A DNA stretch of 64,000 bases from contig CAVXEP010000035.1 in assembly GCA_963760795.1 (NCBI GenBank), positions 1 through 64,000 of the forward strand, written 5' to 3'. The notes under the pieces were generated by a model, which saw nothing but the letters and a program-made list of their open reading frames with translations, ran no database searches and had not been told where the DNA came from. This document shows, in pieces, positions 51,657 to 61,647 of the stretch. The DNA is from an uncultured delta proteobacterium (GTDB lineage: Bacteria > Desulfobacterota > Binatia > UBA9968). The translations under genes and the position numbers were made by a program. Position 1 is the stretch's first letter; the number at the start of each line of letters is the position of its first letter.

Positions 51657-52526
51657 TCACCGCAAGAACGGTAGGAGTGCTGCCACTAATGCCTTCGGAT
51701 TGTCTTGATGCACCATGTGGCCGGCACCGTCGATAACCAGATGTCGCCGGTTGGCGATGGCATCGTAGCGTTGTTGTTTGTCGGCGCGCTTGGTCTGATG
51801 GCTTTGCTTGCCGTCGACGATGAGCACGGGGCAAGCGATGCGGCGGAGAAATTCGATGGCCTGGGCGGTGTAGAAGGGCTGCGGCGCCGCCGTGCGGTGC
51901 AGCGGATCGAACTTCCAAAGCCATTTGCCAGCGTCATTTTGTTTCATGGCGGCCTGTGCCAGTGCTGCGGCAAAAGCTTCCTGCAATCGAGGATTGGTCT
52001 GGCGTAATTGATCGGCGCCGGCCGCGACGCTGGAGTATGCCCGAAAGTGATTGCGGCCGCGCTTGCGGATCTCGCCGATCCATTGAGCCATGCGCAGCGG
52101 CGCGTCGGCAAAGTTCATCCCGACCGGGCCAACGCCTTCGATGAGCGCCAGTTTGATCACCCGCTCCGGGAAGGCGCCGGTGTAAAGCAGCGATATCGTG
52201 CCGCCCATGGAGTGGCCGATGAGTTTTATGGATTGAACGCCGAGAGCTTGGATCACGCTATCGAGGTCGAGTACGTAGTCGGGAAAATGGTAATAGCCGC
52301 CATCGCTCACCCAGCCGCTATCGCCGTGGCCGCGGCAGTCGGGAGCGACGATCCACAGCGGTCGTGGGTTGCGCCGTTGTAACTCGGCGACGAAGGGCGT
52401 CCAGCTAAAGGCGAGATCGAGAAAACCATGCACGAGCACCAATGGCTCAGTGTCCGGATCACCCCACTCGAGACAATGAATCGGCAAACCGAAAGAGTCG
52501 ACGGAGCGATGGCGAGGCTCGGACAT
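51657..52526 (-). CDS. Alpha/beta hydrolase
   Basis: VHGFLD, DCRGHGDS, GHSMGG and GAGHMVH motifs. Confidence 0.92.
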   Translation of the reverse strand: MSEPRHRSVDSFGLPIHCLEWGDPDTEPLVLVHGFLDLAFSWTPFVAELQRRNPRPLWIVAPDCRGHGDSGWVSDGGYYHFPDYVLDLDSVIQALGVQSIKLIGHSMGGTISLLYTGAFPERVIKLALIEGVGPVGMNFADAPLRMAQWIGEIRKRGRNHFRAYSSVAAGADQLRQTNPRLQEAFAAALAQAAMKQNDAGKWLWKFDPLHRTAAPQPFYTAQAIEFLRRIACPVLIVDGKQSHQTKRADKQQRYDAIANRRHLVIDGAGHMVHQDNPKALVAALLPFLR

Positions 52527-52538
52527 GGCGCGGGCGGG

Positions 52539-53012
52539 CTAGATGCGTTGGATCGGCACTTCGACGAAGTCGGCTTTCTCACTCGACCACGCGAAGGCTT
52601 TGATCGCTTTCACGTTGCGGTCGTAGATCGAGGCGACAATTTGCGCCGCTTCGGGATAAGTCGGTTCTCCAAAAGGAGTAGCAGCATCACGATCCTCGGG
52701 CGAAAAGTAGGCTGGATGATTTGGGTGCGAGTGATAAAACGCTTTAAGCGTGTAGCCGATTTTCCCCGCTTCAAGCAAAAGCGAGTCTAAGACTCTAACG
52801 TCCATGTTGTAAGCGATGGCCGCCGTGCGCGGATGGGTCTTGGGATCGAGGGCGTGGAGTTCGTTCTGGAGATTCCTCAAGCGTTGAGCGCGATCGGTTA
52901 CTCCGTTTGAAAGCACGACACCACAGCACTCTTCAGGAAACTCGTCTTCGGCATGGCGTGTGATTTCGTTCCACGCTTCTTCAGTTAGCACGACTTCGGT
53001 TTGCATGCTCAT
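52539..53012 (-). CDS. JAB/MPN (M67) metallopeptidase, Mec-like
   Basis: PEECCG and YHSHPNHPAYFSPED JAMM motif. Confidence 0.9.
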   Translation of the reverse strand: MSMQTEVVLTEEAWNEITRHAEDEFPEECCGVVLSNGVTDRAQRLRNLQNELHALDPKTHPRTAAIAYNMDVRVLDSLLLEAGKIGYTLKAFYHSHPNHPAYFSPEDRDAATPFGEPTYPEAAQIVASIYDRNVKAIKAFAWSSEKADFVEVPIQRI

Positions 53013-53168
53013 AGTATCTCATGTGCCTCCGCGCCGACTGGAATCCTTTAGCACAAGAAACTCCGCAGCGCCATTGTGGCGCGCTGACCATCGAACCGAT
53101 GGCACCGCGGCCAGCGTCCAACACTCGGGTAGGCTCTGACATCGAAAAATAGACACAGAAAAGTTGAA

Positions 53169-53864
53169 CTAGAAAGTCGGCGCTTTGCGATTAGTGTAAC
53201 GCTTGTAGGCATCGAGCACGAGGGTTGCGTACTCTTGGGAGAACTCTTCATTGTTCTCCAAGCGGTTCTGCAATTCCGACGGCCCGGCATTGTAGGCGAT
53301 CAAGGCGAGGTTGAGATTGCGAAATTGTTTTCTCAGATCATGCAAATAGTAGACGCCCATGCGGATGTTCAAGATCGGATCGTCAAGGGACTCTGGCCGG
53401 TACGTGACCGGCTTGACGCCGAGCTCGCGGCCCAGAGTGTCGGTTAAGAACTTGCCGGTGTCGGGCATGATTTGCATGATGCCGCGTGCGCCCACCGGCG
53501 AGATTGCCGAGTATTGAAAGCGGCTTTCCACTTCGATCACCGCAAGGACCAGCATCGGATCGAGGTTGCGCTTCAAACTTTCTTCGAGGATGGCTTCGGA
53601 AACCCGCCAGGCTTCGGAATCGGTAATATCGGCACGATGGGATTTGACGATGTTGTAAACTTTAACCAGCTCTTTGGGACGGGGTCTTTCGACCACTTCG
53701 ACGATCTTGACGATTTCGGTAATTTTGGGAGATTTGCCAGTTTCCGGAACGCCTCTGAAAGCCAGCAGCGCCGGCGTAAACAATGCTATGGCAAGGACCA
53801 GTTTCGCACAGGCGCTGCCGCAGCCTAAAGTACGAGTGTGCGTTTTTTTACGACGTGTCTGCAT
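53169..53864 (-). CDS. Lytic transglycosylase (SLT domain)
   Basis: VIEVESRF, SPVGARGIMQ and AYNAG motifs. Confidence 0.92.
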   Translation of the reverse strand: MQTRRKKTHTRTLGCGSACAKLVLAIALFTPALLAFRGVPETGKSPKITEIVKIVEVVERPRPKELVKVYNIVKSHRADITDSEAWRVSEAILEESLKRNLDPMLVLAVIEVESRFQYSAISPVGARGIMQIMPDTGKFLTDTLGRELGVKPVTYRPESLDDPILNIRMGVYYLHDLRKQFRNLNLALIAYNAGPSELQNRLENNEEFSQEYATLVLDAYKRYTNRKAPTF

Positions 53865-54051
53865 ACTTTATTCCTAATATTGATTTCGCTGAAACCGCTG
53901 GCGCGTTTCGAAAGTTCGAAAGCTTGGGGTTAACTATCAAACGGGTTCGATCAAGTCAATCGCAAAATAAAAAAATGCTACTTGCCCAATCGAGAAATCG
54001 CGGCTGGATACGTGAAAATATTTCTCCTCAAAAACGCTTTTCCACGCCGCG

Positions 54052-54090
54052 AAAAACCAGGGGCAAGGAAATCTTCCTTGCCCCTGGTTG
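54052..54090 (-). terminator. Intrinsic terminator after the UbiD gene
   Basis: Minus strand AACCAGGGGCAAGGAAGATTTCCTTGCCCCTGGTTTTT. Confidence 0.8.
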
Positions 54091-54113
54091 TCAACTTGAC
54101 TTGATGTGTGAAA

Positions 54114-55685
54114 TTACCGGCCGGTGCGCGCCAGGGAATGAACCCAGCCCTGCATGCGGTTCTTGGCGTTCTGAATGTCTTTGTCGCTGAACCATTTCTT
54201 CAGATCGACTTTGTCGACCGGATAGACGGGCCGCATGAAGTCGCTCTCATAACCGAATGGCACGGTGGCGTCGATGCCCATGCCGCCTTCGAAACTGGTA
54301 TTCGATGCCGTCCACTCTTTTTCGCCGGCAGTCATGCGCTCGGCGGGCATGAAGGTTTGGCCGCGGCCGCCGGGCAGCGGATTGATGATGTCGGTCTTGG
54401 GATTGACGCGCGTGGTGATGTTCCACATGATGTCGTCCATGTCGTAGGGATCGCTGTCTTCGCTGACGGCGACCACCACGCGTGAACCTTGCGAGGTGGC
54501 GAGGATCGCCGCCATGAAATTGCGCTGCCAGCCTTCTTCGATGCGGTTGCGTTTCTTCACTTGAATGATCGCGCCGCCCCAATCGGTCATGCAGTAGGGA
54601 ATATTGACGTCCATGATGATGCCGGGCTGCATTCTTTCGCAGAGCTCGAACATCGCCGCTTCGCGCACCGTGGTATCGATGTTGTGGTCGTCGAGGGTGT
54701 GCACGCCGAGCGGGAAAATGATCGGCTTGCCTTCGCGCTTACGCGTGGTCACGGCGGTGACGTGGAAGGTCGGCGCTTTGTAGGCTTTGCCCATGTAGCC
54801 GGCCCACTCCGGATGGAAGTGGAAGCGCCCCTGAATGCCGGCTTTTTCGGACTCCGCGGTTTCGAAACGACGATCGCGCGGGTTGACGTATCCTTCGAGA
54901 ATGACTTCCGCATCGGCCAGTCCGTAAGCGTCGACCGTGCGCGCTTTGACCAAACGCATGGGCGCGCCTTGGACGGCGCCGGCGATGCCGACTTCATCGC
55001 AGCCTTGCGGCAGGATGACGTAATCGAAACCGGCGCCGGCGAGCAGCGATCCCGCCACCGGCAAGCCGAAGTTCATGGTGATCGGCACCATTTTATTATC
55101 TTTGTAATACTTGCTGACGACCTGCCACATGTGCGAGCCGGGGGAGATCTGGAAAGTGCCGACATTGCCCCAGCGGAAATTCATGCGGTTATAACCGAGA
55201 TCGGTGCCGCCGTTAAAATAGTCGCCGGATATCAAACGATTGCCGGAACCTACGGTCAATTCGGGTTCGACGTCGGTATGACGGATCGGCACGACGAAGT
55301 CGTTGGCTTCCGCCGGCTTCTCATAAACTTCCTCTTGCACCGGCGCGTCTTTTTGATCGACGACGATGGGCGCGATCGGATGTGTGATCGCATAGGCGAG
55401 CTTGCGGGTGCGATCGGCGTGATCCTTCCAGCCGAACATCTTGTTGATGACGTTCATGTCGCCGAATAAATTGGTGACACAGCGATGCTGCGGCTTGCCT
55501 TTGACGTTATTGAAAAGGATCGGGCAACCGCCGTCGAGCTTTTTCTGAATGCCGGTGAGTTCCAGGTTAGGGTCGACCTCTTTGTCGGTGACAATGATGT
55601 CCCCTTCTTTTTTCATCCACTCGATCGCACTGCGTAAATCCCTTGCTTCCTCCGGCGATGCGCCGTCTCGCTTAGCTTGTGCCAT
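54114..55685 (-). CDS. UbiD-family decarboxylase with an atypical catalytic motif (possibly phthaloyl-CoA decarboxylase-like)
   Basis: DLRSAIEW, PILFNNVKG, AEVILEG and GMGIDAT; FHFHPEWAGY in place of EGPFGE. Confidence 0.85.
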   Translation of the reverse strand: MAQAKRDGASPEEARDLRSAIEWMKKEGDIIVTDKEVDPNLELTGIQKKLDGGCPILFNNVKGKPQHRCVTNLFGDMNVINKMFGWKDHADRTRKLAYAITHPIAPIVVDQKDAPVQEEVYEKPAEANDFVVPIRHTDVEPELTVGSGNRLISGDYFNGGTDLGYNRMNFRWGNVGTFQISPGSHMWQVVSKYYKDNKMVPITMNFGLPVAGSLLAGAGFDYVILPQGCDEVGIAGAVQGAPMRLVKARTVDAYGLADAEVILEGYVNPRDRRFETAESEKAGIQGRFHFHPEWAGYMGKAYKAPTFHVTAVTTRKREGKPIIFPLGVHTLDDHNIDTTVREAAMFELCERMQPGIIMDVNIPYCMTDWGGAIIQVKKRNRIEEGWQRNFMAAILATSQGSRVVVAVSEDSDPYDMDDIMWNITTRVNPKTDIINPLPGGRGQTFMPAERMTAGEKEWTASNTSFEGGMGIDATVPFGYESDFMRPVYPVDKVDLKKWFSDKDIQNAKNRMQGWVHSLARTGR

Positions 55686-56007
55686 TCTTTCCCTCCGAAT
55701 GATTTACTTTTCTGATTTCAACGCGGTAGAAAAATCCCATAAATCGACAGCTTTTTAGACCTAAACGGCAAAAAAATTGATGGGAGATTATCCAAATCAG
55801 GCTGTTTGAACGGTGCCTAGGATTATACAGAATTTATCTCAAAGTCAACGAACGCTCGGTCGATCGGCGCGGCCGATTCGATATCCTGGCGCCGTTCCAA
55901 TCGCGTCGCGCCGCCACGGTTGAACGGGAACCTTTGGGCGTAACTGCGACTTTACAGTTACTATGCGGCCTGCTATCTGTGCTGGATTATGTTTTTGAGG
56001 AGAATTT

Positions 56008-59000
56008 ATGGCCGTTGGCGTTCTGCGTTCTAAACAAGACTGGCTCTTAGTCGTCGGTCTGTTTTGTTTCTTTTTTTCCGGCGCTGCTGGACTGATTTAC
56101 CAAGTCGTCTGGACCCGCATGTTGTCGCAGATATTCGGCAATACCACCTACGCCATCGCCACGGTGTTGTCCGCCTTCATGGCTGGATTGGCCATCGGCA
56201 GTTACTGGTTCGGCAAGATCGCCGACCGCGGTAAGAACGATTTCTTGTTGTACGGCCTGCTCGAAGCGGGGGTCGGGGTGTACGGATTTCTCGTGCCATG
56301 GTTTTTCGTCGGGGCGCAAAAGGTCTATGGACCGATCTTCTCACTCAATGAAAGCCAGCCGTTTCTTTTCAATCTATTCTTATTCTTTCTTTCCTTCGTC
56401 TTGCTGGTGTTTCCAACTCTATTGATGGGCGCGACATTACCGGTGTTGAGCCGCTTTTACGTGCGCAGCTTCGCGCAATTCGGCCGCCGCGTCGGCGATC
56501 TTTACGCCACCAACACGCTAGGCGCGGTGATTGGCTGTGCCATGGGCGGATTTTTCTTAATTCCCGTTTATGGCATGCGCGCTACGGTTTACGTCGCCGC
56601 CGGCGTCAATATGCTCATCGCCATCGTTATTTTGATCGTCGATCGCCTGCGCGATCCTGAGCCGGTGGCCGAGGAGGCGGAGGCCGAAGCGCGCAGCCAG
56701 GACGCTGCCAGCGCCGCGGCGCAAAGTTCGACTTATCTTGACTGGGTGTTGCTTGGCTCTTTCGCTCTCTCCGGTTTCGCCTCGTTGGTTTACGAAAATG
56801 CTTGGACGCGCTCGCTCACCCTGGTCATCGGCAGCTCGATCTATTCGTTTACGACCATGCTGGTCACGTTTCTCATCGGCCTGGCGTTGGGCGGATTTAT
56901 TTATGCGCGAGTGCTGGGCAATCGCGAAGCGCGCTTGAGCACCTTCGGCCTCCTCGAGCTATGGGTCGGCTTGTCGGCGCTGGCGACCATCCCGCTGTTC
57001 GAGCGCCTGCCGCTGATCTTTGTCCGCTTGCTCCATGGCTTCGGCGATACTTTCACGGTTTTCCTTTATTTGCAGATCGTTCTATCGGCGCTGGTGATGT
57101 TCATTCCGACTGTTCTATTGGGCATGACGTTTCCGCTGGTGGCGCGGCTGTTCACTCAAAGCCTGTACCGCGTTGGCAGCGGCGTCGGCAGTTCCTACGC
57201 GGCGAATACAGTCGGAGCCGTGCTCGGCGCCTTCGCCGGCGGCTTCATATTGATCCCCAACGTCGGCGTGCAGAACACCATCATCTGCGGCGTCGTGCTG
57301 AACTTGTTGATCGGTTGCTGGTTGATTGTCAGCGATGGGCGGCTGTCTTTCTTGCCGCGTTATGCGCTTGGGCTCGCGGTATTGGTTCTCGCGGCGATCG
57401 TGCCGTTCAAGGTCAAGCGTTGGGACCCCAGTATACTGACCAGCGGCGTGACGATTTACAACGATCGCTACGAAGCGCTGCCGAGTGATTCATTGCGCAT
57501 CGAAGAAATGAAGCGTGACGAGGTGCTGTTTTATCGCGAAGGACTGACGACCACGGTGAGCGTCCACAAGATTCTCGGCAGCGATTATCTGTACTTTAAA
57601 TCCAACGGCAAGATCGACGGTTCCTACGGCGACGCGCTGAGCCAGTTGATGACCAGCTACATCGCCATGATGCTGCATCCGAAAGCCGAGACCGCGTTGA
57701 CCATCGGACTGGGCAGCGGTATGTCGGCCAAGGCGCTGGCTACCTTCAAGACTCTTAAATCCATCGAAGTCATCGAGATCGAGCCGGCGATGATCCAAGC
57801 GAGTAAATTTTTCGATAGGCAGTCGGTGCTAGTCGATAAATTCCCGGCAGGCATCAGTTTCCCCGCCGACGATAGCCATGGCCGGGTTTGGTACAACGCG
57901 GCTGAAAAGCGTCTCTATTATAAGGGCGTCATGAGCGATGGGGTGCGCACCGAGTTGATGAATCGCTCGCAGGATAAAGACTACCGCGGCATGATCGACC
58001 GGCTTTACCGCAATGCCCGCCACTCGCGCCACTCGAGCGTTTTGGAAGACAAGCGGGTGCGGGTGATTCCCACCGATGGGCGCAACTATATACTAGCGAC
58101 GCCGAAATTTTACGACGTCATCACCGCTGAGCCGTCAAATCCGTGGATCGCCGGCATCGCCAACCTATATACCCGAGAGTTTTACCAGGTCATCAAGTCG
58201 AAGATCAAAGACGACGGGATCTTCGCCCAGTGGTTTCACAATTATTCGATGTCGCCAGACGATTTTCGCATGGTCTTTCGCACCTTCGCCGAGGCGTTTC
58301 CCCATGTCTCGCTGTGGAGCATGAAGGAAAGCGACTTTCTGCTCATCGGTAGCAAGAAGGAGCAGAAGTTCGACTATGCCGCGGTCAAAGCGATTTTCGA
58401 TAGCAACGAAATGCTCCGCTCGGACTTCCAGTATCTAGGGCTGTCCGATGTTTATGCCGTGCAGGGATTTTACCGCATGGGCAGGGACGGCTTTCTGGCG
58501 TTCTCCAAGGGTGCGAAAATTAATACCGATGACGGCGCGGAGTTGGAGTTTTCCGCGCCCAAGAACCTGCGGCGCGCGACCACCGAACTCAACCGGCGGA
58601 TCATGACGCCGTTTCTCGTCGATACTCCGCCCTGGTTGAAAAACGCTCCACTGCCGGTGCCCCAGGCGATGCATCATTTTTACCTGGCGCAATCCTACGC
58701 CGCCAGCGTGGCGCGCAACCGGGCATTAACCGAGCTTGAAGAAGCGATCCGCTTGGAGCCAAAGAATCCCAAGTTTCAATTGCTGAAAATGAAAATCCTC
58801 CTCGAGCAGGATAAGAGCACCGAGGGCGCGCAGGCGGCGTTTAAGGCGTTGGAGCAAGGTTCTGCATACATGCCTGACGTGCTCGCCATGAGCGATGAGT
58901 TTTATTTGCCCGACGCCAAGTTGGTTTACAAAAAGATCATCGACATGGGAACTAAAGAAGTGTTGCCGTACTTGGGTCTCGGCAACATCGCGTTGCACTC

Positions 59001-59445
59001 AGGCGATATCGCCGAAGCTGAGAAGTGGTTCATTCCGGCCCGTGAGTTGCAGCCCGAACATCCGGCGGTATTGCTGGCCTGGGGCCGGCTAACCGCGGTC
59101 AAAGGCAATCGCACGACCGACGCGGCGCAGGCCAAAAAAGAGCGCCAAGAAGCGCGCCGGTTACTCGAGCTATCGAAAACCAAAGGTGAGGAATCCGCCA
59201 CGATATTCACGGAATTGGCCGCGGTCTACTTCAAGCTTGAGATGTGGGACAAGGCGGCGGAGAATTATGAAGTCGCCCTGCGCATGCGCCGGCGCCGCAA
59301 CGATTTGCGCATGGAGCTGGGAAAAGCTTATGTCAAGCTCGGCAGGACGGTGGAGGCTGAGCAAAAATTTCGCCAGGTGTTAGCGTTTAGCCCTGACGAC
59401 GCCGACGCCTGGCGCGAGTTGCAGTTGATGGGCAAGGCCTACTGA
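56008..59445 (+). CDS. Fused MFS-like membrane domain/spermidine synthase with C-terminal TPRs
   Basis: SGAAGLIYQVVW repeats, NGKIDG, IGLGSG, DGRNY, EPSNPWIAG and NTDD motifs. Confidence 0.9.
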   Translation: MAVGVLRSKQDWLLVVGLFCFFFSGAAGLIYQVVWTRMLSQIFGNTTYAIATVLSAFMAGLAIGSYWFGKIADRGKNDFLLYGLLEAGVGVYGFLVPWFFVGAQKVYGPIFSLNESQPFLFNLFLFFLSFVLLVFPTLLMGATLPVLSRFYVRSFAQFGRRVGDLYATNTLGAVIGCAMGGFFLIPVYGMRATVYVAAGVNMLIAIVILIVDRLRDPEPVAEEAEAEARSQDAASAAAQSSTYLDWVLLGSFALSGFASLVYENAWTRSLTLVIGSSIYSFTTMLVTFLIGLALGGFIYARVLGNREARLSTFGLLELWVGLSALATIPLFERLPLIFVRLLHGFGDTFTVFLYLQIVLSALVMFIPTVLLGMTFPLVARLFTQSLYRVGSGVGSSYAANTVGAVLGAFAGGFILIPNVGVQNTIICGVVLNLLIGCWLIVSDGRLSFLPRYALGLAVLVLAAIVPFKVKRWDPSILTSGVTIYNDRYEALPSDSLRIEEMKRDEVLFYREGLTTTVSVHKILGSDYLYFKSNGKIDGSYGDALSQLMTSYIAMMLHPKAETALTIGLGSGMSAKALATFKTLKSIEVIEIEPAMIQASKFFDRQSVLVDKFPAGISFPADDSHGRVWYNAAEKRLYYKGVMSDGVRTELMNRSQDKDYRGMIDRLYRNARHSRHSSVLEDKRVRVIPTDGRNYILATPKFYDVITAEPSNPWIAGIANLYTREFYQVIKSKIKDDGIFAQWFHNYSMSPDDFRMVFRTFAEAFPHVSLWSMKESDFLLIGSKKEQKFDYAAVKAIFDSNEMLRSDFQYLGLSDVYAVQGFYRMGRDGFLAFSKGAKINTDDGAELEFSAPKNLRRATTELNRRIMTPFLVDTPPWLKNAPLPVPQAMHHFYLAQSYAASVARNRALTELEEAIRLEPKNPKFQLLKMKILLEQDKSTEGAQAAFKALEQGSAYMPDVLAMSDEFYLPDAKLVYKKIIDMGTKEVLPYLGLGNIALHSGDIAEAEKWFIPARELQPEHPAVLLAWGRLTAVKGNRTTDAAQAKKERQEARRLLELSKTKGEESATIFTELAAVYFKLEMWDKAAENYEVALRMRRRRNDLRMELGKAYVKLGRTVEAEQKFRQVLAFSPDDADAWRELQLMGKAY

Positions 59446-59604
59446 GTACCCGACTAGCGCGTTTCACCACGACGGACACGGTTCGACTGCGCTCACCACG
59501 GACTACGAGCACGAAGTTCGGAGAATTAGCCGCAAATAGCGCAAAATAGGACTCGTTGGGCTGCGCTGTCGCTACCCAATAGTTTTTGAATCGAGGAGGC
59601 TCCA

Positions 59605-60417
59605 GTGTTGAAGGAAAAAATCGGCGTGGTTGGCGCGGGGAAAATTGGTGCGGCGATCATGCGCGGGATCGTCCGGGCCGGCTTGGCCGGCAAAGACCAA
59701 GTGATGGCGAGCGATGTCAGCGAGCAACTGCGCGATGCCGTGGTTAAGGAACTCGATATCAAGGCGACCGCGGATAACGGCGTGCTGTGCGATTTCGCCG
59801 AGATTATCATTCTTGCCGTCAAACCGCAGATCGTCGATCCGGTCGCCAAAGAGATCGCCACGAAGCTTGGTAGTAAAAAGCTTCTAGTTTCGGTGGCCGC
59901 CGGCGTGCCGATTGCGCGCATCGAGGCCAATTTGGCAAAAGGCGCCCGCGTGGTGCGCGTGATGCCGAACATCGCCTGTGTCGTCGGCGCCGGCGCGGCG
60001 GGTTTCGCCGGCGGCAGTCATGCCACGGCGGTGGATCTGGAAAAAGTCGGCGCTATCCTCAATAGCTTCGGCGTCGGTATGCCGGTGGAAGAAAAATACT
60101 TGGACGCCGTCACCGGCTTGAGCGGCAGCGGCCCGGCTTATGTTTTGCTGTTCATGGAAGCGCTTGCAGACGGCGGCGTGCAGGTCGGCCTGGCGCGCGA
60201 GGTTGCGCTCAAACTGGCCATGCAGACGGTTTATGGCGCCGCCAAAATGGCATTGGAAAGCAATAAGCATTTGGGCGAGCTCAAAGACGAAGTCACTTCA
60301 CCCGGCGGCACCACCATCGCCGGCCTCTACGCCATGGAGCAAAAAGGTTTCCACGGTACGGTGATGGATGCGGTGGTTAATGCGACGCGGCGGTCGCAGG
60401 AGTTGGGTAAGGGGTAG
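59605..60417 (+). CDS. proC: Pyrroline-5-carboxylate reductase
   Basis: GAGKIG, LAVKPQ, VRVMPN, GLSGSGPAY and VTSPGGTT motifs. Confidence 0.96.
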   Translation: MLKEKIGVVGAGKIGAAIMRGIVRAGLAGKDQVMASDVSEQLRDAVVKELDIKATADNGVLCDFAEIIILAVKPQIVDPVAKEIATKLGSKKLLVSVAAGVPIARIEANLAKGARVVRVMPNIACVVGAGAAGFAGGSHATAVDLEKVGAILNSFGVGMPVEEKYLDAVTGLSGSGPAYVLLFMEALADGGVQVGLAREVALKLAMQTVYGAAKMALESNKHLGELKDEVTSPGGTTIAGLYAMEQKGFHGTVMDAVVNATRRSQELGKG

Positions 60418-60478
60418 GGGTATGAATGCAGGAGGTAAAAGTTAAAAGGCAAAAGCTCAAATCAGCTTCCAAGTTCTG

Positions 60479-61009
60479 TTAGCGATCTTTCCAGCGTTCG
60501 ACATCGCGCTTGTCGAGGTAACCCGGCTTGCCGCCTTTTTGCGATTCCACTCTCAACCAGTCACCCTCGGAGCGGATGACGTTGACTTTGATATCCGCTG
60601 GAAGCCGGGTCACGACCCGGGCATTGGTGCTCGGTGTTTCGCGCAGGTCTTGTTCGCGCAGCGTGCGATAGGGGCCGGCGACTGACGTTGATGGGAATTG
60701 AACTGCGGGCGCGCCGGCCGCTGTTGTAGCGCGGGCGAACTGTTCGTCGATGTAGCCGGGCTTGCCGCCATGCTTGGACTCGACCTGAAGCCAGAAACCC
60801 TCTTTGCCGACGACGTTGATCTGGATGCCCTTGGGCAGGATCGTGATGACTTTATGAAAGTTGCCGGCGCCTTCGCGTAGTGGAACCTCGGCGGTGGTTT
60901 CGTAGGAACCTTTGTATTGCTGTGCTTGAACCGGATTCGCACCAAACATTCCGGTCAGCGCAAGACCGAGCGCAACCAACATAGCACCGGCACCGATTCT
61001 ATGAGCCAT
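60479..61009 (-). CDS. Secreted protein with two SH3_3 domains
   Basis: Internal repeat (LRE...WLQVESKHGGKPGY / WLRVESQKGGKPGY); signal peptide. Confidence 0.82.
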   Translation of the reverse strand: MAHRIGAGAMLVALGLALTGMFGANPVQAQQYKGSYETTAEVPLREGAGNFHKVITILPKGIQINVVGKEGFWLQVESKHGGKPGYIDEQFARATTAAGAPAVQFPSTSVAGPYRTLREQDLRETPSTNARVVTRLPADIKVNVIRSEGDWLRVESQKGGKPGYLDKRDVERWKDR

Positions 61010-61053
61010 TAGGGTTCTCCACATGACTGTTGGACGTATCGATAGCTTTTTCG

Positions 61054-61635
61054 TTACTTTCTCTTCCAGTTTCCTTGGCCGTCTTGGATCCACCAACCGC
61101 TACGGGATTGTTCGAGCCAGCTTTTGGCGAAGATCGCTTTGATCTTGGGAATACTTTCATTTGAAATGTTGTTGGCCTTGGCGATCTCAGCGTAGAGGTT
61201 CTCGCGATCGCGGTTCTCGGCGTCGACCAGCTGTTTGGACTCTGCTCGCTCCTTCAAGTTAAGCCCATCGGTGTTGCGGATCGCCAGCAGGCCGTCGACG
61301 GCGATGCCAATGTTGCCGCGATCCATGAACGGTTTAATCGCTTCGCTGCGCGCCTTGATCGAGTCCTTGGTCGCGCGAATCGCCGGATTCGACACGTTGA
61401 TGTCAGCCTCCTGCGCATGAACTGCGCTGACGAGACTCAGAGATGCCAATCGCCAAGGCAAATATCGATTGTTACTCTGCGGCGCAGGCGGCGGGGCCGA
61501 CTTCGACGATTCTCCCCAAGTTTCTTTGACGATCTGCTCGGCGGCGCGCTCTACCGCGGCGGCGGGGAAGTAAATGTTTACGGTCACGCAGGCACTGACG
61601 ATGAAGGCCAAAATAAAAGTTGTACGTTTTAACAT
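61054..61635 (-). CDS. YdbL/DUF1318-family lipoprotein
   Basis: Lipobox VSAC; CVTVNIYFPAAA; ENRDRENLY; GWWIQ. Confidence 0.85.
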   Translation of the reverse strand: MLKRTTFILAFIVSACVTVNIYFPAAAVERAAEQIVKETWGESSKSAPPPAPQSNNRYLPWRLASLSLVSAVHAQEADINVSNPAIRATKDSIKARSEAIKPFMDRGNIGIAVDGLLAIRNTDGLNLKERAESKQLVDAENRDRENLYAEIAKANNISNESIPKIKAIFAKSWLEQSRSGWWIQDGQGNWKRK

Positions 61636-61647
61636 TGCTCCTCCGGG

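Noticed and set aside
52539-53012. CBASS Cap3 or other defence JAB protein
   Set aside because: No CD-NTase, E1/E2 or effector gene lies nearby; the context is housekeeping-like.
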